From the NCBI GenBank assembly GCA_040235475.1, contig JBECKY010000057.1, forward strand, positions 2,257-66,256: a stretch of DNA of 64,000 nt, written 5' to 3'. Positions 1 to 13,860 of the stretch are shown piece by piece. The position numbers and the translations under genes are program-made. The notes below the pieces were generated by a model. That model was not told the DNA's origin and searched no databases. It was given only the letters and a program-made list of their open reading frames with translations. The stretch comes from Pseudomonadales bacterium (lineage in GTDB: Bacteria; Pseudomonadota; Gammaproteobacteria; Pseudomonadales; UBA3067). Every line of letters begins with the position of its first letter. The first letter of the stretch is position 1.

Positions 1-516
1 AAAGTGTCAATAAATTTATCTGCCCAGCAAATTCATAAAGGTGATATGGCTAAAGTAATAGGTAATATCCTTGATAAATATCAAATCGACGCCAATTTGC
101 TGGAAGTTGAGCTAACAGAAAGCATACTCATGGAGGATGTTCATGAAACTGTAGCCTCCCTAAATAAAATAAGAGCCATGGGCATTTCAATTTTACTTGA
201 TGACTTCGGCACTGGTTATTCTTCGCTAAGTTATTTAAAGAAATTCCCAATTGATGTCTTAAAAATTGATAAGTCCTTTGTCGAAGATATTGATACAGAC
301 CCCGATGATGCCGCAATTGTCAAAGCCATTATTGCCATGGCCCATAGCCTGGACTTATCCGTGATAGCAGAAGGGGTGGAGCGTAACGAACACCTTGCTT
401 TTCTGAGGGCTCATGGTTGCGATGGCGTACAAGGTCACTTGATTAGTGAACCGCTCAACGGAGCGAACATGGCAGAGCTTTTGCTAAAGCAAAAAAGTGC
501 CGCTAATGCCGGCTAG
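1..516 (+). CDS. C-terminal EAL (c-di-GMP phosphodiesterase) domain of a protein that starts upstream of the window (partial)
   Basis: Frame open from base 1; motifs SINLS, EVELTES, DDFGTGYSSLSYL, KIDKSF, AEGVE, QG. Confidence 0.9.
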   Translation, partial: KVSINLSAQQIHKGDMAKVIGNILDKYQIDANLLEVELTESILMEDVHETVASLNKIRAMGISILLDDFGTGYSSLSYLKKFPIDVLKIDKSFVEDIDTDPDDAAIVKAIIAMAHSLDLSVIAEGVERNEHLAFLRAHGCDGVQGHLISEPLNGANMAELLLKQKSAANAG

Positions 517-580
517 AAGGTTGTTGGACAAACATTATTACTGACATTGGTCCACACTGCTGAATGAAATAAGATTCTGC

Positions 581-2413
581 TCATTCCACGGTAACCGATT
601 TTGCCAGGTTTCTTGGCTGGTCAACGTCTGTGCCTTTGATCACCGCCACATGGTATGAAAGCAACTGTAAAGGCAGGGTATACACAATCGGCGCGAGCAC
701 TTCACTCACCTCTGGCACTTCCAGTACATGAACATCTTTTTCAGATTTAAAGCCGGAATTTTTGTCTGCAAAGATATACAGCTCTCCACCGCGAGCCCTG
801 ACTTCTTCAAGATTGGATTTAAGTTTTTCGTGCAGCTCGGAATTTGGCGCAATAGCGATAACCGGCATATCATTATCCACCAGCGCTAATGGGCCGTGTT
901 TAAGTTCTCCTGCCGGGTAAGCTTCAGCGTGAATATAGGAAATTTCTTTTAATTTTAATGCGCCTTCCTGGGCAATGGGGTATTGAGCACCACGACCAAG
1001 AAAAAGTGCATGGTGTTTATCACCAAACTTTTCAGCAAGCTTTTCGATAGCTTTATCAAGGTTTAATGTCGCTTCTAAAATAGCGGGCAGTTTGCGCAAT
1101 TCTTTTATCAGCGCCTCGGTACTCTCGCGCTGAAGCCCATTACGCTTACCAAGCTCAATAACCAATAACATCAGCGCAACTAATTGGGTGGTGAACGCCT
1201 TGGTAGAAGCCACGCCTATTTCTGTACCAGCATGTGTCATTATGGAGAAATCCGACTCTCTGACCAATGAACTGCCAGGGACATTACAAATGGCGATGCT
1301 TGCGGCATAACCTTCACCTTTTGCGCCTTTTAGCGCAGCCAGAGTATCTGCGGTTTCACCTGACTGGGAAATGGTGACAAATAAAGTATTGGGTCTAACC
1401 ACACTTTTTCGATACCGGTATTCACTTGCCACTTCAACCTGGCAAGGTATTTCAGCTAACTGCTCAAACCAGTAGCGAGCCACAGAGCCGGCGTGATAGC
1501 TGGTGCCACAGGCAATGATTTGAATGCCTTCTATTTTATCAAGCATGGCGTGAGTATGCTGGGGAAAAAGATTTTCAGCGGTCCCATTTTCAGTAAGCCT
1601 GTCTTTCAGCGTGGCCCTGACTGCATTGGGTTGTTCGAATATTTCTTTGAGCATATAGTGGCGATATTCGCCTTTATCTGCTGTGTCGTGGGCGCTTTCT
1701 GATTCTACAATTTTTCGCTCAACTTTTTCTCCATCCGCATTAAAAATTTCAATATTGTTTTTTTTAATAACGGCAATGTCGCCTTCTTCCATAAAAGCAA
1801 ACCGGCTGGTCACCGGCAACAATGCCAATTGATCAGAGCCGATAAAGTTTTCACCAATTCCCAAACCGATAACCAACGGACTGCCTTCACGTGCGGCGAT
1901 TAATTTTTCGGGCTCGCTACTGGCAATTACACCCAGCGCATAAGCGCCTTTTAACTGTGCAATGGTTTTTTTTACCGCGCTTAATAAATCATTCCCGGCA
2001 TCTATCTGTTCATGAATTAAATGCACAATGACTTCTGTATCGGTTTCGGAGCTGAATATATAGCCTTTTTGTTTCAGTTGGTTGCGTAAGCTTTCATAAT
2101 TTTCAATAATGCCATTATGAACAATGCCTATATCTTCTCCAGACATATGGGGGTGTGCATTGTTTTCGCTAGGCGCTCCATGGGTAGCCCAACGAGTATG
2201 GGCAATGCCTATATGGCCGTGGAGAGGCATTGACTCCAATGCGCCGGCAAGCTCTTTTACTTTTCCTAATCTTCGCAAACGATGAATGTTATGTTTAACA
2301 TCCATAACAGCCATTCCGGCAGAATCATAACCTCTGTATTCGAGTCGCTTTAAGCCTTCAAGCAGAATAGGAGAAATTTCACGCTCTGCAATACCACCTA
2401 CGATTCCACACAT
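581..2413 (-). CDS. glmS: Glutamine-fructose-6-phosphate aminotransferase
   Basis: N-terminus [15 protein letters not shown]-terminus [11 protein letters not shown]; 610 aa. Confidence 0.99.
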   Translation of the reverse strand: MCGIVGGIAEREISPILLEGLKRLEYRGYDSAGMAVMDVKHNIHRLRRLGKVKELAGALESMPLHGHIGIAHTRWATHGAPSENNAHPHMSGEDIGIVHNGIIENYESLRNQLKQKGYIFSSETDTEVIVHLIHEQIDAGNDLLSAVKKTIAQLKGAYALGVIASSEPEKLIAAREGSPLVIGLGIGENFIGSDQLALLPVTSRFAFMEEGDIAVIKKNNIEIFNADGEKVERKIVESESAHDTADKGEYRHYMLKEIFEQPNAVRATLKDRLTENGTAENLFPQHTHAMLDKIEGIQIIACGTSYHAGSVARYWFEQLAEIPCQVEVASEYRYRKSVVRPNTLFVTISQSGETADTLAALKGAKGEGYAASIAICNVPGSSLVRESDFSIMTHAGTEIGVASTKAFTTQLVALMLLVIELGKRNGLQRESTEALIKELRKLPAILEATLNLDKAIEKLAEKFGDKHHALFLGRGAQYPIAQEGALKLKEISYIHAEAYPAGELKHGPLALVDNDMPVIAIAPNSELHEKLKSNLEEVRARGGELYIFADKNSGFKSEKDVHVLEVPEVSEVLAPIVYTLPLQLLSYHVAVIKGTDVDQPRNLAKSVTVE

Positions 2414-2440
2414 ATAAAACCTTTTATCTTCTTTTCACAT

Positions 2441-3826
2441 TCACTTTTTTTCTGGCCGTTGCCAACCGTCAATATTTTTTTGTTTGCCGCGAGCTATTGC
2501 TAATTGCTTTTCCTCGACATTTTTATTAATTGCAGAACCAGCACCTGTGGTTGCCTGCTTGCCAATTTTAACCGGGGCTATTAATGATGTATTGGAGCCG
2601 ATAAAAACGCCGTCCTCAATTTCTGTAAGATGCTTGTTTACGCCATCGTAATTGCAGGTTATGGTACCTGCGCCTATGTTTACATTCTTACCTATTTTTG
2701 CATCACCGATATAGCTCAAGTGATTTACTTTGCTACCTTCACCAATGTCAGTTTTTTTAGTTTCCACAAAGTTACCCAGCTTGGCACCCTTGTGCAGATG
2801 AGTGCCGGGACGAACTCTTGCAAAGGGGCCAATAGTACATTGCTCTGCTATATGACTGCCTTCAATCAAGGTATTGGCTTCTATTTTAACATTAGCACCA
2901 ATCGTTGAATTTTTTATGACGCAGTTTGGACCGATCACAGTGCCCGTTTCTACTTTAACGGCACCTTCAAAGATAACATTCACATCAATAATAACATCGG
3001 GTTCAATGTCAAGCTTGCCACGAATATCAATACGTTCAGGGTCCAGTAAAGTAACGCCATTTAACAACAATGTTTCTGCTTGTTGCCTTTGAAAGCACCG
3101 TTCCAGTTTTGCCAGTTGTTTCTTATCGTTTACACCTTCAACTTCAATGGCGCTTTTGGCTTGTTCCGCATAAATGGGCAGATACTTATTTGCGACCATA
3201 GCCACTATATCGGTCAGATAATACTCTTCTTGAGCATTGTTGTTCTTTAATTGTTTAAGCCATCCTTTCAACGGTTTTGCATCAGCACAAAGAATGCCGG
3301 TGTTTATTTCCTTTATTTTAAGCTGTTCCTGATTTGCATCTTTTTGCTCAACAATACCTTTTATATTGCCATCGATATCCCGCAAAATACGTCCATAACC
3401 CGTTGCGTCCGGTAAATTCATGGTTAGGAGTGACAAAGGGGACTCAGAATTTTTCTTGTTAATCAGGCTCTGCAAGGTTGACGCCCGTATCAGCGGCACA
3501 TCACCGTAAAGCACAAGCACCTTGCTTGCATCATTTAAGAAGGGTTCTGCCATTTGAACCGCATGGCCCGTGCCTTTTTGCTCAACTTGCTCAATCCACT
3601 CAATATTATTCGCAATGGGTTGATCCATGTTTGCGGCTATCGTGTGTTTTACTGAATCACCACCATGGCCATAAATAACAATGATTTTTTTTGGCTCAAG
3701 GCTCTGGGCAGTTTCAATCACATGGGCCAGCAAGGGTTTTCCACCCAGGAGGTGTAATACCTTGGGTAATTTTGATTTCATGCGGGTACCTTTTCCCGCA
3801 GCCAGAATAACAACTTCTAAGTCCAT
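2441..3826 (-). CDS. glmU: Bifunctional UDP-GlcNAc pyrophosphorylase / glucosamine-1-phosphate acetyltransferase
   Basis: LAAGKGTRMKS, hexapeptide repeats, CNYDGVNK; lies between atpC and glmS. Confidence 0.99.
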   Translation of the reverse strand: MDLEVVILAAGKGTRMKSKLPKVLHLLGGKPLLAHVIETAQSLEPKKIIVIYGHGGDSVKHTIAANMDQPIANNIEWIEQVEQKGTGHAVQMAEPFLNDASKVLVLYGDVPLIRASTLQSLINKKNSESPLSLLTMNLPDATGYGRILRDIDGNIKGIVEQKDANQEQLKIKEINTGILCADAKPLKGWLKQLKNNNAQEEYYLTDIVAMVANKYLPIYAEQAKSAIEVEGVNDKKQLAKLERCFQRQQAETLLLNGVTLLDPERIDIRGKLDIEPDVIIDVNVIFEGAVKVETGTVIGPNCVIKNSTIGANVKIEANTLIEGSHIAEQCTIGPFARVRPGTHLHKGAKLGNFVETKKTDIGEGSKVNHLSYIGDAKIGKNVNIGAGTITCNYDGVNKHLTEIEDGVFIGSNTSLIAPVKIGKQATTGAGSAINKNVEEKQLAIARGKQKNIDGWQRPEKK

Positions 3827-3934
3827 GATCAGTATTCTTTAGTTTAATGCTCTATTTCTATTAAGGTTTTTATGATCGCTCCACTTTAAGCTACAAAACC
3901 CGTTCAATCTGCTTTCAGTCTATGATTTATTGAA

Positions 3935-3963
3935 ACAAAAAAGGGTAGCTTCAGCTACCCTTT
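3935..3963 (-). terminator. Rho-independent terminator of the atp operon
   Basis: Minus strand reads AAAGGGTAGCTGAAGCTACCCTTT then TTTGT; 46 nt after the atpC stop. Confidence 0.85.
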
Positions 3964-4009
3964 CTACCCTTTACAATCAGGGAATACAACAACTAAATGA
4001 GTAGCTAAA

Positions 4010-4432
4010 TCAGCCGCCCATTTTTTTACGAATTTGCTGAATTGTGCGAATTCGTGCTGCGGCTTCTGCCAGCTCAGCAAGAGCAGTCGAGTAGTCTATT
4101 TCTGAGCTTTGGTTGGCCAGGGCGTGACGGGCTTTTTCCTGGGCTTGCTGAGCGGAAGCTTCATCAATGTCATCAGCACGCACCGCCGTATCAGCCAACA
4201 CAGTGATTACTTTAGGTTGAATTTCAAGCATGCCGCCGGAGATAAAGTACACATCTTCTTCTCCGCCTTCATTAATTACTCGAATCGGGCCCGGCTGTAA
4301 TTGCGTCAGCAGGGGAGCATGGCCATAAGCCACGCCCACATCACCCAGAGAACCCGCCGCTACCACCATTTCCACTTCACCGGAAAAAATTTCTTTTTCC
4401 GCACTGACGATATCACATTGTATTAAGGCCAT
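4010..4432 (-). CDS. atpC: ATP synthase F1 epsilon subunit
   Basis: [23 protein letters not shown]; last gene of the atp operon. Confidence 0.98.
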   Translation of the reverse strand: MALIQCDIVSAEKEIFSGEVEMVVAAGSLGDVGVAYGHAPLLTQLQPGPIRVINEGGEEDVYFISGGMLEIQPKVITVLADTAVRADDIDEASAQQAQEKARHALANQSSEIDYSTALAELAEAAARIRTIQQIRKKMGG

Positions 4433-4472
4433 GATGATTGCTCCAGATCGATAAGGCTAAGTTTGCGTTAAA

Positions 4473-5873
<1,401 letters not shown>

Positions 5874-5883
5874 TCACCTGCGC

Positions 5884-6741
5884 CTAAACAGCCGCAGCAC
5901 CACTAACAATTTCTGAAATTTCTTGGGTAATAGCTGCCTGACGAGCTTTGTTATAAATGGTTTGAAGTTCGTCAATTAATTCACCAGCGTTGTCTGTTGC
6001 TGATTTCATCGCAATCATACGGGCCGCTTGCTCACTGGCATTGTTTTCTACCACACCTTGATAAACTTGTGATTCGATAAATCGAACCAGCAGAGCGTCA
6101 AGTAATTCTTTTGCATCAGGCTCATAAATATAGTCCCAATGATCGGCAACTATTTCTTCATCAGCCACCAGTGGCAAAAGTTGCTGAAGCGTCGCTTGCT
6201 GAGTCATGGTGTTCACAAACTCGTTATAAGCCACATACAAACGATCAATTTTGCCCTGTTCATAAGCATCCAGCATAACCCGAACAGAACCTATCAGGTC
6301 TTCAATAGAGGGTTCTTCGCCCAGGCCACTGGCATGAGCAACAACATTACCACCAACACTGCGAAAAAAACTGGCCGCCTTACTGCCTACCAGGCAGAAA
6401 TCGACTTCAATATTTTTTTCTTTCCAGCCGCGGGACTCAAGCAATATTTTTTTAAATAAGTTGACGTTCAAGCCACCACAAAGGCCGCGGTCGGTAGAAA
6501 TAATAATATAACCAACGCGATTAATTTCACGCTCATCCAAATACATATGCTGGTATTCGGAAGTGGCTTTTGCCAAATGGCTGACAACATTACGAATACG
6601 CTTTGCATAAGGCTTGGATGCAGCCATGCGCTCCTTGGCTTTGCGCATTTTGCTGGCAGCAACCATTTCCATAGCGCGAGTAATTTTTTGCGTACTTTTT
6701 ATGCTAGAAATTTTTCCTCGAATTTCATTTCCGCCACTCAT
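5884..6741 (-). CDS. atpG: ATP synthase F1 gamma subunit
   Basis: [32 protein letters not shown]. Confidence 0.99.
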   Translation of the reverse strand: MSGGNEIRGKISSIKSTQKITRAMEMVAASKMRKAKERMAASKPYAKRIRNVVSHLAKATSEYQHMYLDEREINRVGYIIISTDRGLCGGLNVNLFKKILLESRGWKEKNIEVDFCLVGSKAASFFRSVGGNVVAHASGLGEEPSIEDLIGSVRVMLDAYEQGKIDRLYVAYNEFVNTMTQQATLQQLLPLVADEEIVADHWDYIYEPDAKELLDALLVRFIESQVYQGVVENNASEQAARMIAMKSATDNAGELIDELQTIYNKARQAAITQEISEIVSGAAAV

Positions 6742-6782
6742 ATCACTTTACTCTTTAACGTTGCCCGCTATAAAAATTAACC

Positions 6783-8327
6783 TTACCAGGTCTGAGTTGA
6801 TTTGAACTTTTCAAGACCTGCTTTAATTTCTGCTTCAATGTCGCCGTTGTAATTGCCGCTTTCATTAATAGTGTCCATTAAAGACTTAAGCTCACTATTG
6901 AAATAGGCAATCAGGGCGGCTTCAAAATCTCCAATTTTGCTAACTGCAAGATCTTTTAAAAAGCCTTCGTTTGCGGCATACAAAACCACACCCATTTCAG
7001 CGATGGAAAGTGGAGCGTATTGCTTTTGTTTCATAAGCTCAGTCACTCGCTCACCATGCTCCAACTGCTCACGGGTTGCATCATCAAGATCAGAGGCAAA
7101 CTGGGCAAATGCCGCCAGTTCACGGTATTGAGCCAAGGCCAAACGAATACCGCCGCCCAGCTTCTTAATGATTTTTGTTTGTGCAGCACCACCAACACGA
7201 GACACTGAAACACCAGCGTTCATCGCAGGTCGAATACCGGCATTAAACAAATCGGTTTCCAGGAAGATCTGGCCATCGGTAATAGAAATCACGTTAGTGG
7301 GTACAAAAGCAGATACGTCGCCGGCCTGGGTTTCAATAATAGGCAGCGCGGTTAAAGAGCCGGTTTGACCTTTTACTTCACCATTGGTGAATTTCTCAAC
7401 GTAATCTTCGCTGACGCGTGACGCCCTTTCCAGCAATCTTGAGTGAAGATAAAACACGTCTCCAGGGTAGGCTTCTCGGCCTGGAGGACGACGTAGCAGC
7501 AAGGAGATTTGACGGTATGCCCAGGCTTGCTTGGTAAGGTCATCATAAACAATCAGCGCATCTTCTCCACGGTCGCGAAAATATTCGCCCATGGTGCAAC
7601 CGGCGAAGGGTGCCAGATATTGTGTTGCAGCGGGATCAGAAGCTGAAGCAGCAACAATAATAGTGTGATCCAAAGCGCCATGTTCTTCGAGCTTTCTTAC
7701 CACGTTAGCGATTGATGATTGTTTTTGTCCAACCGCTACATAAACACATTTTACGCCTTTGCCTTTTTGGTTAATGATGGCATCAACAGCCAAAGCGGTT
7801 TTACCTGTTTGGCGGTCGCCGATAATCAACTCACGTTGTCCGCGCCCAATGGGCACCATGGCGTCAACCGCCTTGTAACCTGTTTGGACCGGCTCATCAA
7901 CTGATTTTCGCCAAATAACTCCCGGCGCAACCTTTTCAATGGCGGCAGACTCAGCACCTTCTATAGGTCCTTTGCCATCAATGGGGTTACCCAAAGCATC
8001 AACCACCCGGCCCAGCAACGCTGGGCCGGTAGGCACCTCCAGAATCCGACCGGTACACTTGGCTTTTTGCCCTTCAGTTAAAGGCAGGTAGTCACCCAGC
8101 ACAACTGCACCTACAGAGTCTTGTTCCAGGTTCAAAGCCATACCATAAAGGCCGCCTTCGAATTCAATCATTTCACCGTACATTACATCAGCAAGGCCGT
8201 GAATACGGACAATACCGTCAGATACACTTACGATGGTGCCTTCATTACGCGCCTCAGAAGACGTATCCAAACCCGCAATACGTTGCTTGATCAGGTCGCT
8301 AATTTCAGATGGGTTGAGTTGTTGCAT
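6783..8327 (-). CDS. atpA: ATP synthase F1 alpha subunit
   Basis: [23 protein letters not shown]. Confidence 0.99.
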   Translation of the reverse strand: MQQLNPSEISDLIKQRIAGLDTSSEARNEGTIVSVSDGIVRIHGLADVMYGEMIEFEGGLYGMALNLEQDSVGAVVLGDYLPLTEGQKAKCTGRILEVPTGPALLGRVVDALGNPIDGKGPIEGAESAAIEKVAPGVIWRKSVDEPVQTGYKAVDAMVPIGRGQRELIIGDRQTGKTALAVDAIINQKGKGVKCVYVAVGQKQSSIANVVRKLEEHGALDHTIIVAASASDPAATQYLAPFAGCTMGEYFRDRGEDALIVYDDLTKQAWAYRQISLLLRRPPGREAYPGDVFYLHSRLLERASRVSEDYVEKFTNGEVKGQTGSLTALPIIETQAGDVSAFVPTNVISITDGQIFLETDLFNAGIRPAMNAGVSVSRVGGAAQTKIIKKLGGGIRLALAQYRELAAFAQFASDLDDATREQLEHGERVTELMKQKQYAPLSIAEMGVVLYAANEGFLKDLAVSKIGDFEAALIAYFNSELKSLMDTINESGNYNGDIEAEIKAGLEKFKSTQTW

Positions 8328-8359
8328 GCTCTAAATCCCTCGCTGTAGCCAGCTCAAAA

Positions 8360-8896
8360 CTATGAATTCAGTGTTTCAGCCAATTTGGCCAGTTTGCCAC
8401 GCACAGAAGCGTCAATAACCAAGTCGCCTGCACGGACTATTGTGCCGCCTATAAGCGACTTATCTATTTCAGTCTGTAACGAAATCTTACGTCCCAAACG
8501 GGATTTCAGTGCACCGCTAAGTGCATTAATTTCACTATCTGCAAGATCAAAAGCTGTAAGTACGGTCACTTCAACTGTTTTTTCCTGCTCTGCCTTATAT
8601 GCCTCAAATAAGGTTGATATTTCCGGCAATAAAGGCAAACGTTTATTTTCAGACAGCAGATAAATAAAGTGTTTGCTTGAGCCTGACAATTTATCAGCAC
8701 AAACCAAGGCAAATGACTCTGCCTTTTGTTCCGCCGTTAATCTTGGATTTTCCAAAATCGCAGCGACCCTCGAGTCTTTTACTGCCTGAGCAGCAAAGGC
8801 AAGCATCGTTGACCACTCGCCAAGCTGGTTATTTTCCACAGCATATTGAAAGGCTGCTTTTGCATAAGGTCGAGCAAGGGTGATTAACTCTGCCAT
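8360..8896 (-). CDS. atpH: ATP synthase F1 delta subunit
   Basis: MAELITLARPYAKAAF; operon position. Confidence 0.98.
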   Translation of the reverse strand: MAELITLARPYAKAAFQYAVENNQLGEWSTMLAFAAQAVKDSRVAAILENPRLTAEQKAESFALVCADKLSGSSKHFIYLLSENKRLPLLPEISTLFEAYKAEQEKTVEVTVLTAFDLADSEINALSGALKSRLGRKISLQTEIDKSLIGGTIVRAGDLVIDASVRGKLAKLAETLNS

Positions 8897-8914
8897 GTTA
8901 CCTTTACCTACCGT

Positions 8915-9385
8915 TCAAAGTTCAGCTGCAAGTTTATTCAGCATTTTACTGTGTGCCTGCTGATCCACCGAGCTTGACAGAATTTTTTCAGCGCCGGCAA
9001 TGGCCAAAATAGACACCTGAGCTCTTAAATCTTCTTTTGCCCGATTCACCTCTTGCTTTATATCCGCCTCGGCCAACAGCTTAATGCGCTCACCTTCTTG
9101 TTTAGCAAGCTCTTGTGCTTCTTCAACAATCTGTCGCGCACGCTTATTCGCCTGGTCAATTAAACCAGCCGCCTGTTGTTTGGCTTCAAGCAAATGGGCC
9201 TCTGCCTTCACCTTGGCTTCATCCAGTTCTTGTTGCGCACGCTCTGCATTTTGCAGACCATCGCTCATTTGCTTTTGGCGCTCTTGCATGGCAGCAATTA
9301 GAGGCGGCCAGACAAATTTCATACAGAACCATACAAAGATGGCAAACGAAATTGCTTGGCCGATCAGGGTAGCATTAATATTCAC
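8915..9385 (-). CDS. atpF: ATP synthase F0 subunit b
   Basis: [28 protein letters not shown] followed by a coiled coil; 156 aa. Confidence 0.98.
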   Translation of the reverse strand: MNINATLIGQAISFAIFVWFCMKFVWPPLIAAMQERQKQMSDGLQNAERAQQELDEAKVKAEAHLLEAKQQAAGLIDQANKRARQIVEEAQELAKQEGERIKLLAEADIKQEVNRAKEDLRAQVSILAIAGAEKILSSSVDQQAHSKMLNKLAAEL

Positions 9386-9465
9386 GCTAACACCTCAGTT
9401 AATGTCAGTTGGATTTTCGGTTTAATCAAAATAAACTTGATTTGTAACTTGTTATGTAGCGCTAT

Positions 9466-9741
<276 letters not shown>

Positions 9742-9756
9742 TTAAGTGTTAAAGTT

Positions 9757-11023
<1,267 letters not shown>

Positions 11024-11108
11024 TGGACTTTCTCAAAAATGATGGATCATGGCCAAGTCAAAAAAGCCGGGCAAATTGAACGAACCAGCCCATGGCTAAG
11101 CGGCGGAC

Positions 11109-11137
11109 ATTATAGTGATGTATTACTTATTGATCAA
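11109..11137 (-). promoter_or_regulatory. sigma70 promoter of the atp operon
   Basis: Minus strand TTGATC-N17-TATAAT followed by GC-rich GTCCGCCG. Confidence 0.75.
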
Positions 11138-11233
11138 GGCAACCTGGGACTAATTATGCCTAAACCAGTAAATTATCTGGAAATTAATGCCTGAAACAGA
11201 TCAAGACATAAGCAAGCCATAAGATAGCCAGCC

Positions 11234-12127
11234 CTATTGAATATGCTCAAGAATCCCATCTAACTCATCCAGTGAGTTGTATTTTATGCTGATACTGCCT
11301 TTTCCCTTGGCATTACACTGAATTTGCACCACGGCAGCAAGTTTTTCAGACAGCTGGTCTTGCAAGGCTTTAACGTCTGGACTTATTTTCGCAGGCTTTT
11401 CCTGCATAGCGCCGGCCTCTAGCTGCTGCTGGTTTCGCACCAGCGCCTCTGTTTGCCTAACGGACAAACTTTTGTTGACCACCACTTTTGCTATTTTACT
11501 TTGCTGGTGATCCGGCAGACAGAGCAGGGCACGGGCGTGACCCATCTCAATGTCACCATGCTCCAGCAAAATTTTAACACTTTCTGACAAACTCATTAAA
11601 CGCAGCAAATTAGCCACAGTGCTTCGAGACTTACCCACAGCATCAGCCACTTCCTGCTGGGTCAGTTCGAATTCATTCTGAAGGCGCTGCAGCGCGATAG
11701 CTTCTTCAACAGGGTTGAGGTCTTCTCGTTGAATATTTTCAATTAGCGCCATGGCAATGGCCGCTTCATCAGACACATCCCTGATAATCGCCGGAATGGT
11801 GTCCAACCCCGCCTTCTGACATGCACGCCAGCGGCGTTCACCAGCAATGATTTCGTAGCGGTTTTCACCGGCAAGAGGGCGCACCACGACCGGCTGCATC
11901 ACGCCCTGGGCTTTAATGGATTCGGCCAGCTCATCAAGAGACTCTGGCCGCATATCGCTTCGAGGCTGGTAGCGACCACGTTGCAGGTACTCAAGCGGCA
12001 GGTCTTTTAAGGTATCCACTTGACCTGTGGTTTGGGGATTTGCCACATGATCCTGCTGTATGCTTGCTTTGGCACTGGGCAGCAACACATCCAGGCCTTT
12101 ACCTAAACCACGTTTTTTTAAAGCCAT
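11234..12127 (-). CDS. parB: Chromosome partitioning protein ParB
   Basis: KKRGLGKGL, YQPR, IAGERRWRA, ENIQREDL, HTH. Confidence 0.98.
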   Translation of the reverse strand: MALKKRGLGKGLDVLLPSAKASIQQDHVANPQTTGQVDTLKDLPLEYLQRGRYQPRSDMRPESLDELAESIKAQGVMQPVVVRPLAGENRYEIIAGERRWRACQKAGLDTIPAIIRDVSDEAAIAMALIENIQREDLNPVEEAIALQRLQNEFELTQQEVADAVGKSRSTVANLLRLMSLSESVKILLEHGDIEMGHARALLCLPDHQQSKIAKVVVNKSLSVRQTEALVRNQQQLEAGAMQEKPAKISPDVKALQDQLSEKLAAVVQIQCNAKGKGSISIKYNSLDELDGILEHIQ

Positions 12128-12193
12128 GTTATTCCTGGTGTTGTCTAATCAAAACCACTGCTGCTTGAAGTTGGCAGCAGTGCCGGAGTAAAT

Positions 12194-13009
12194 CTAGTAA
12201 GCACTCACCAACTCATCAGCGCTTTGATCACTTGCTTTTTTACTGCTTCCTTCTCTGGCAATCATTTCTCCGGCTAAGGCCAGATAAGCCAGGGCCCCCC
12301 TGGACTTGCTGTCATACTCCAGCGCAGATTCACCGTGACTGGGGGCCTCTGCCAAACGCACGTTCCGGGGAATGACTGTCCGGTAAACCTTATCAACAAA
12401 ATGTGTCGACAGTTGTTTTGAGACATCGCCGGTCAAGCTGTTGCGCGGATCATACATGGTGCGTAACAAACCTTCAATTTCCAGATCAGGGTTTGTCACT
12501 TGGGTAATTTTGCTGACCGTTTCCATCAGGGCGGTTAAACCTTCCAGAGCATAATACTCACATTGCATGGGGATAACTATTGAATCCGCAGCTGTCAGGG
12601 CATTAATGGTGAGCATACTAAGGGAGGGCGGGCAATCGATGAAAATATAATCGTAAAGATGTTTGATTTTATCCAACTGTTTCTTTAACTGGTACTCTCT
12701 AGAATCAAGAGAAAGCAGCTCTATTTCCGCCGCAGTCAAGTCCTGGTTAGCAGGCAGCAGATCATATTTGCCTTGATCACGGCGAATAAGGGCTTCTTCA
12801 ATTTCGGCATCGGTGACCAACAAGGTATACACATTGGCGCCAAGCTCATGTTTATTAACCCCGCTGCCCATGGTGGCATTGCCCTGAGGATCCAGATCAA
12901 CCAACAATACCTTGCGCTTGGTTGCCGCTAATGAGGCAGCCAGATTAATAGCGGTGGTGGTTTTACCCACACCGCCTTTCTGGTTAGTTACTGCAATGAT
13001 TTTACCCAC
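12194..13009 (-). CDS. parA: Chromosome partitioning ATPase ParA
   Basis: Deviant Walker A NQKGGVGKTT, DLDPQGNAT, RNVRLAEAPSHG. Confidence 0.98.
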   Translation of the reverse strand: MGKIIAVTNQKGGVGKTTTAINLAASLAATKRKVLLVDLDPQGNATMGSGVNKHELGANVYTLLVTDAEIEEALIRRDQGKYDLLPANQDLTAAEIELLSLDSREYQLKKQLDKIKHLYDYIFIDCPPSLSMLTINALTAADSIVIPMQCEYYALEGLTALMETVSKITQVTNPDLEIEGLLRTMYDPRNSLTGDVSKQLSTHFVDKVYRTVIPRNVRLAEAPSHGESALEYDSKSRGALAYLALAGEMIAREGSSKKASDQSADELVSAY

Positions 13010-13125
13010 TTGCCTGCCTCCGCTTTAAGATCCACCTCTGTTTAACTGGCTAATCCTGGAAAAGTAATATTCCTTAAGCTACTGATTCTTTAAATTACCT
13101 GGTGACATGTTTTTAATCATCCTGG

Positions 13126-13791
13126 CTAGCTCAAGCCTGCTTGCTTATTTTTTATCATAATCACCAGGTTCCTGTTTTCATCTAAGCCTGGCACCCGAAG
13201 TGACTTGATGGATTCTACTACAAAATGTTCCGGTAAGGACCTCAGCTCGTCGTTTAATAATTGAGCTTTCATAGCCATAATGCGGGTTTTTTGGCCCGCC
13301 AGGGGCGCCACTAATGTCACCGTATCGCCTAAGGACGCAAAGGCTCTGGTTAAAATAACATCGAAGCCTCCCTGGCTTTGAAAATTTTCAACCCGGGTAT
13401 TAACCACCCTTACATTGGCAAGCTTAAGTTCAAGGCAAACTTGAGTTAGAAAGCGGGTTTTTTTACCATTACTATCAAGCAGGGTGAATTGGCCGCGATC
13501 ATTTGCTAAGGCCAGCACCATGCCGGGCAGTCCGGCGCCAGTGCCGACATCAAGTATTTGCCTGCCCTCGAATTGATCAACATGGGGCAGTATGCTCAAA
13601 CTATCAAGAAGGTGGCGTGTCACCATTGTCAAAGGCTCGCGGACACTGCTTAGGTTATAGGCTTTGTTCCAACGAACTAACAAATCCAGGTAAGTAAGTA
13701 GTTGCTTATAGGTTAAGTCTGAAAAATTCAGCTTTAACTCATCGCAGCCCTGTTTAAGCCTGGCTTCAAGCTGTGTTGATATTCCGGCCAT
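13126..13791 (-). CDS. rsmG: 16S rRNA m7G527 methyltransferase (GidB)
   Basis: WNKAYNL, HLLDSL, DVGTGAGLPG. Confidence 0.97.
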   Translation of the reverse strand: MAGISTQLEARLKQGCDELKLNFSDLTYKQLLTYLDLLVRWNKAYNLSSVREPLTMVTRHLLDSLSILPHVDQFEGRQILDVGTGAGLPGMVLALANDRGQFTLLDSNGKKTRFLTQVCLELKLANVRVVNTRVENFQSQGGFDVILTRAFASLGDTVTLVAPLAGQKTRIMAMKAQLLNDELRSLPEHFVVESIKSLRVPGLDENRNLVIMIKNKQAGLS

Positions 13792-13860
13792 TGCGGCTAC
13801 TTACCCGTATTTTTTGTTTTCCTTGAAAATTTATCGCTTTAAAGTGCCAACGCTTGGCCT

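Noticed and set aside
2414..2440. glmS ribozyme or regulator gene between glmU and glmS
   Set aside because: The gap is only 27 nt, too short for either.
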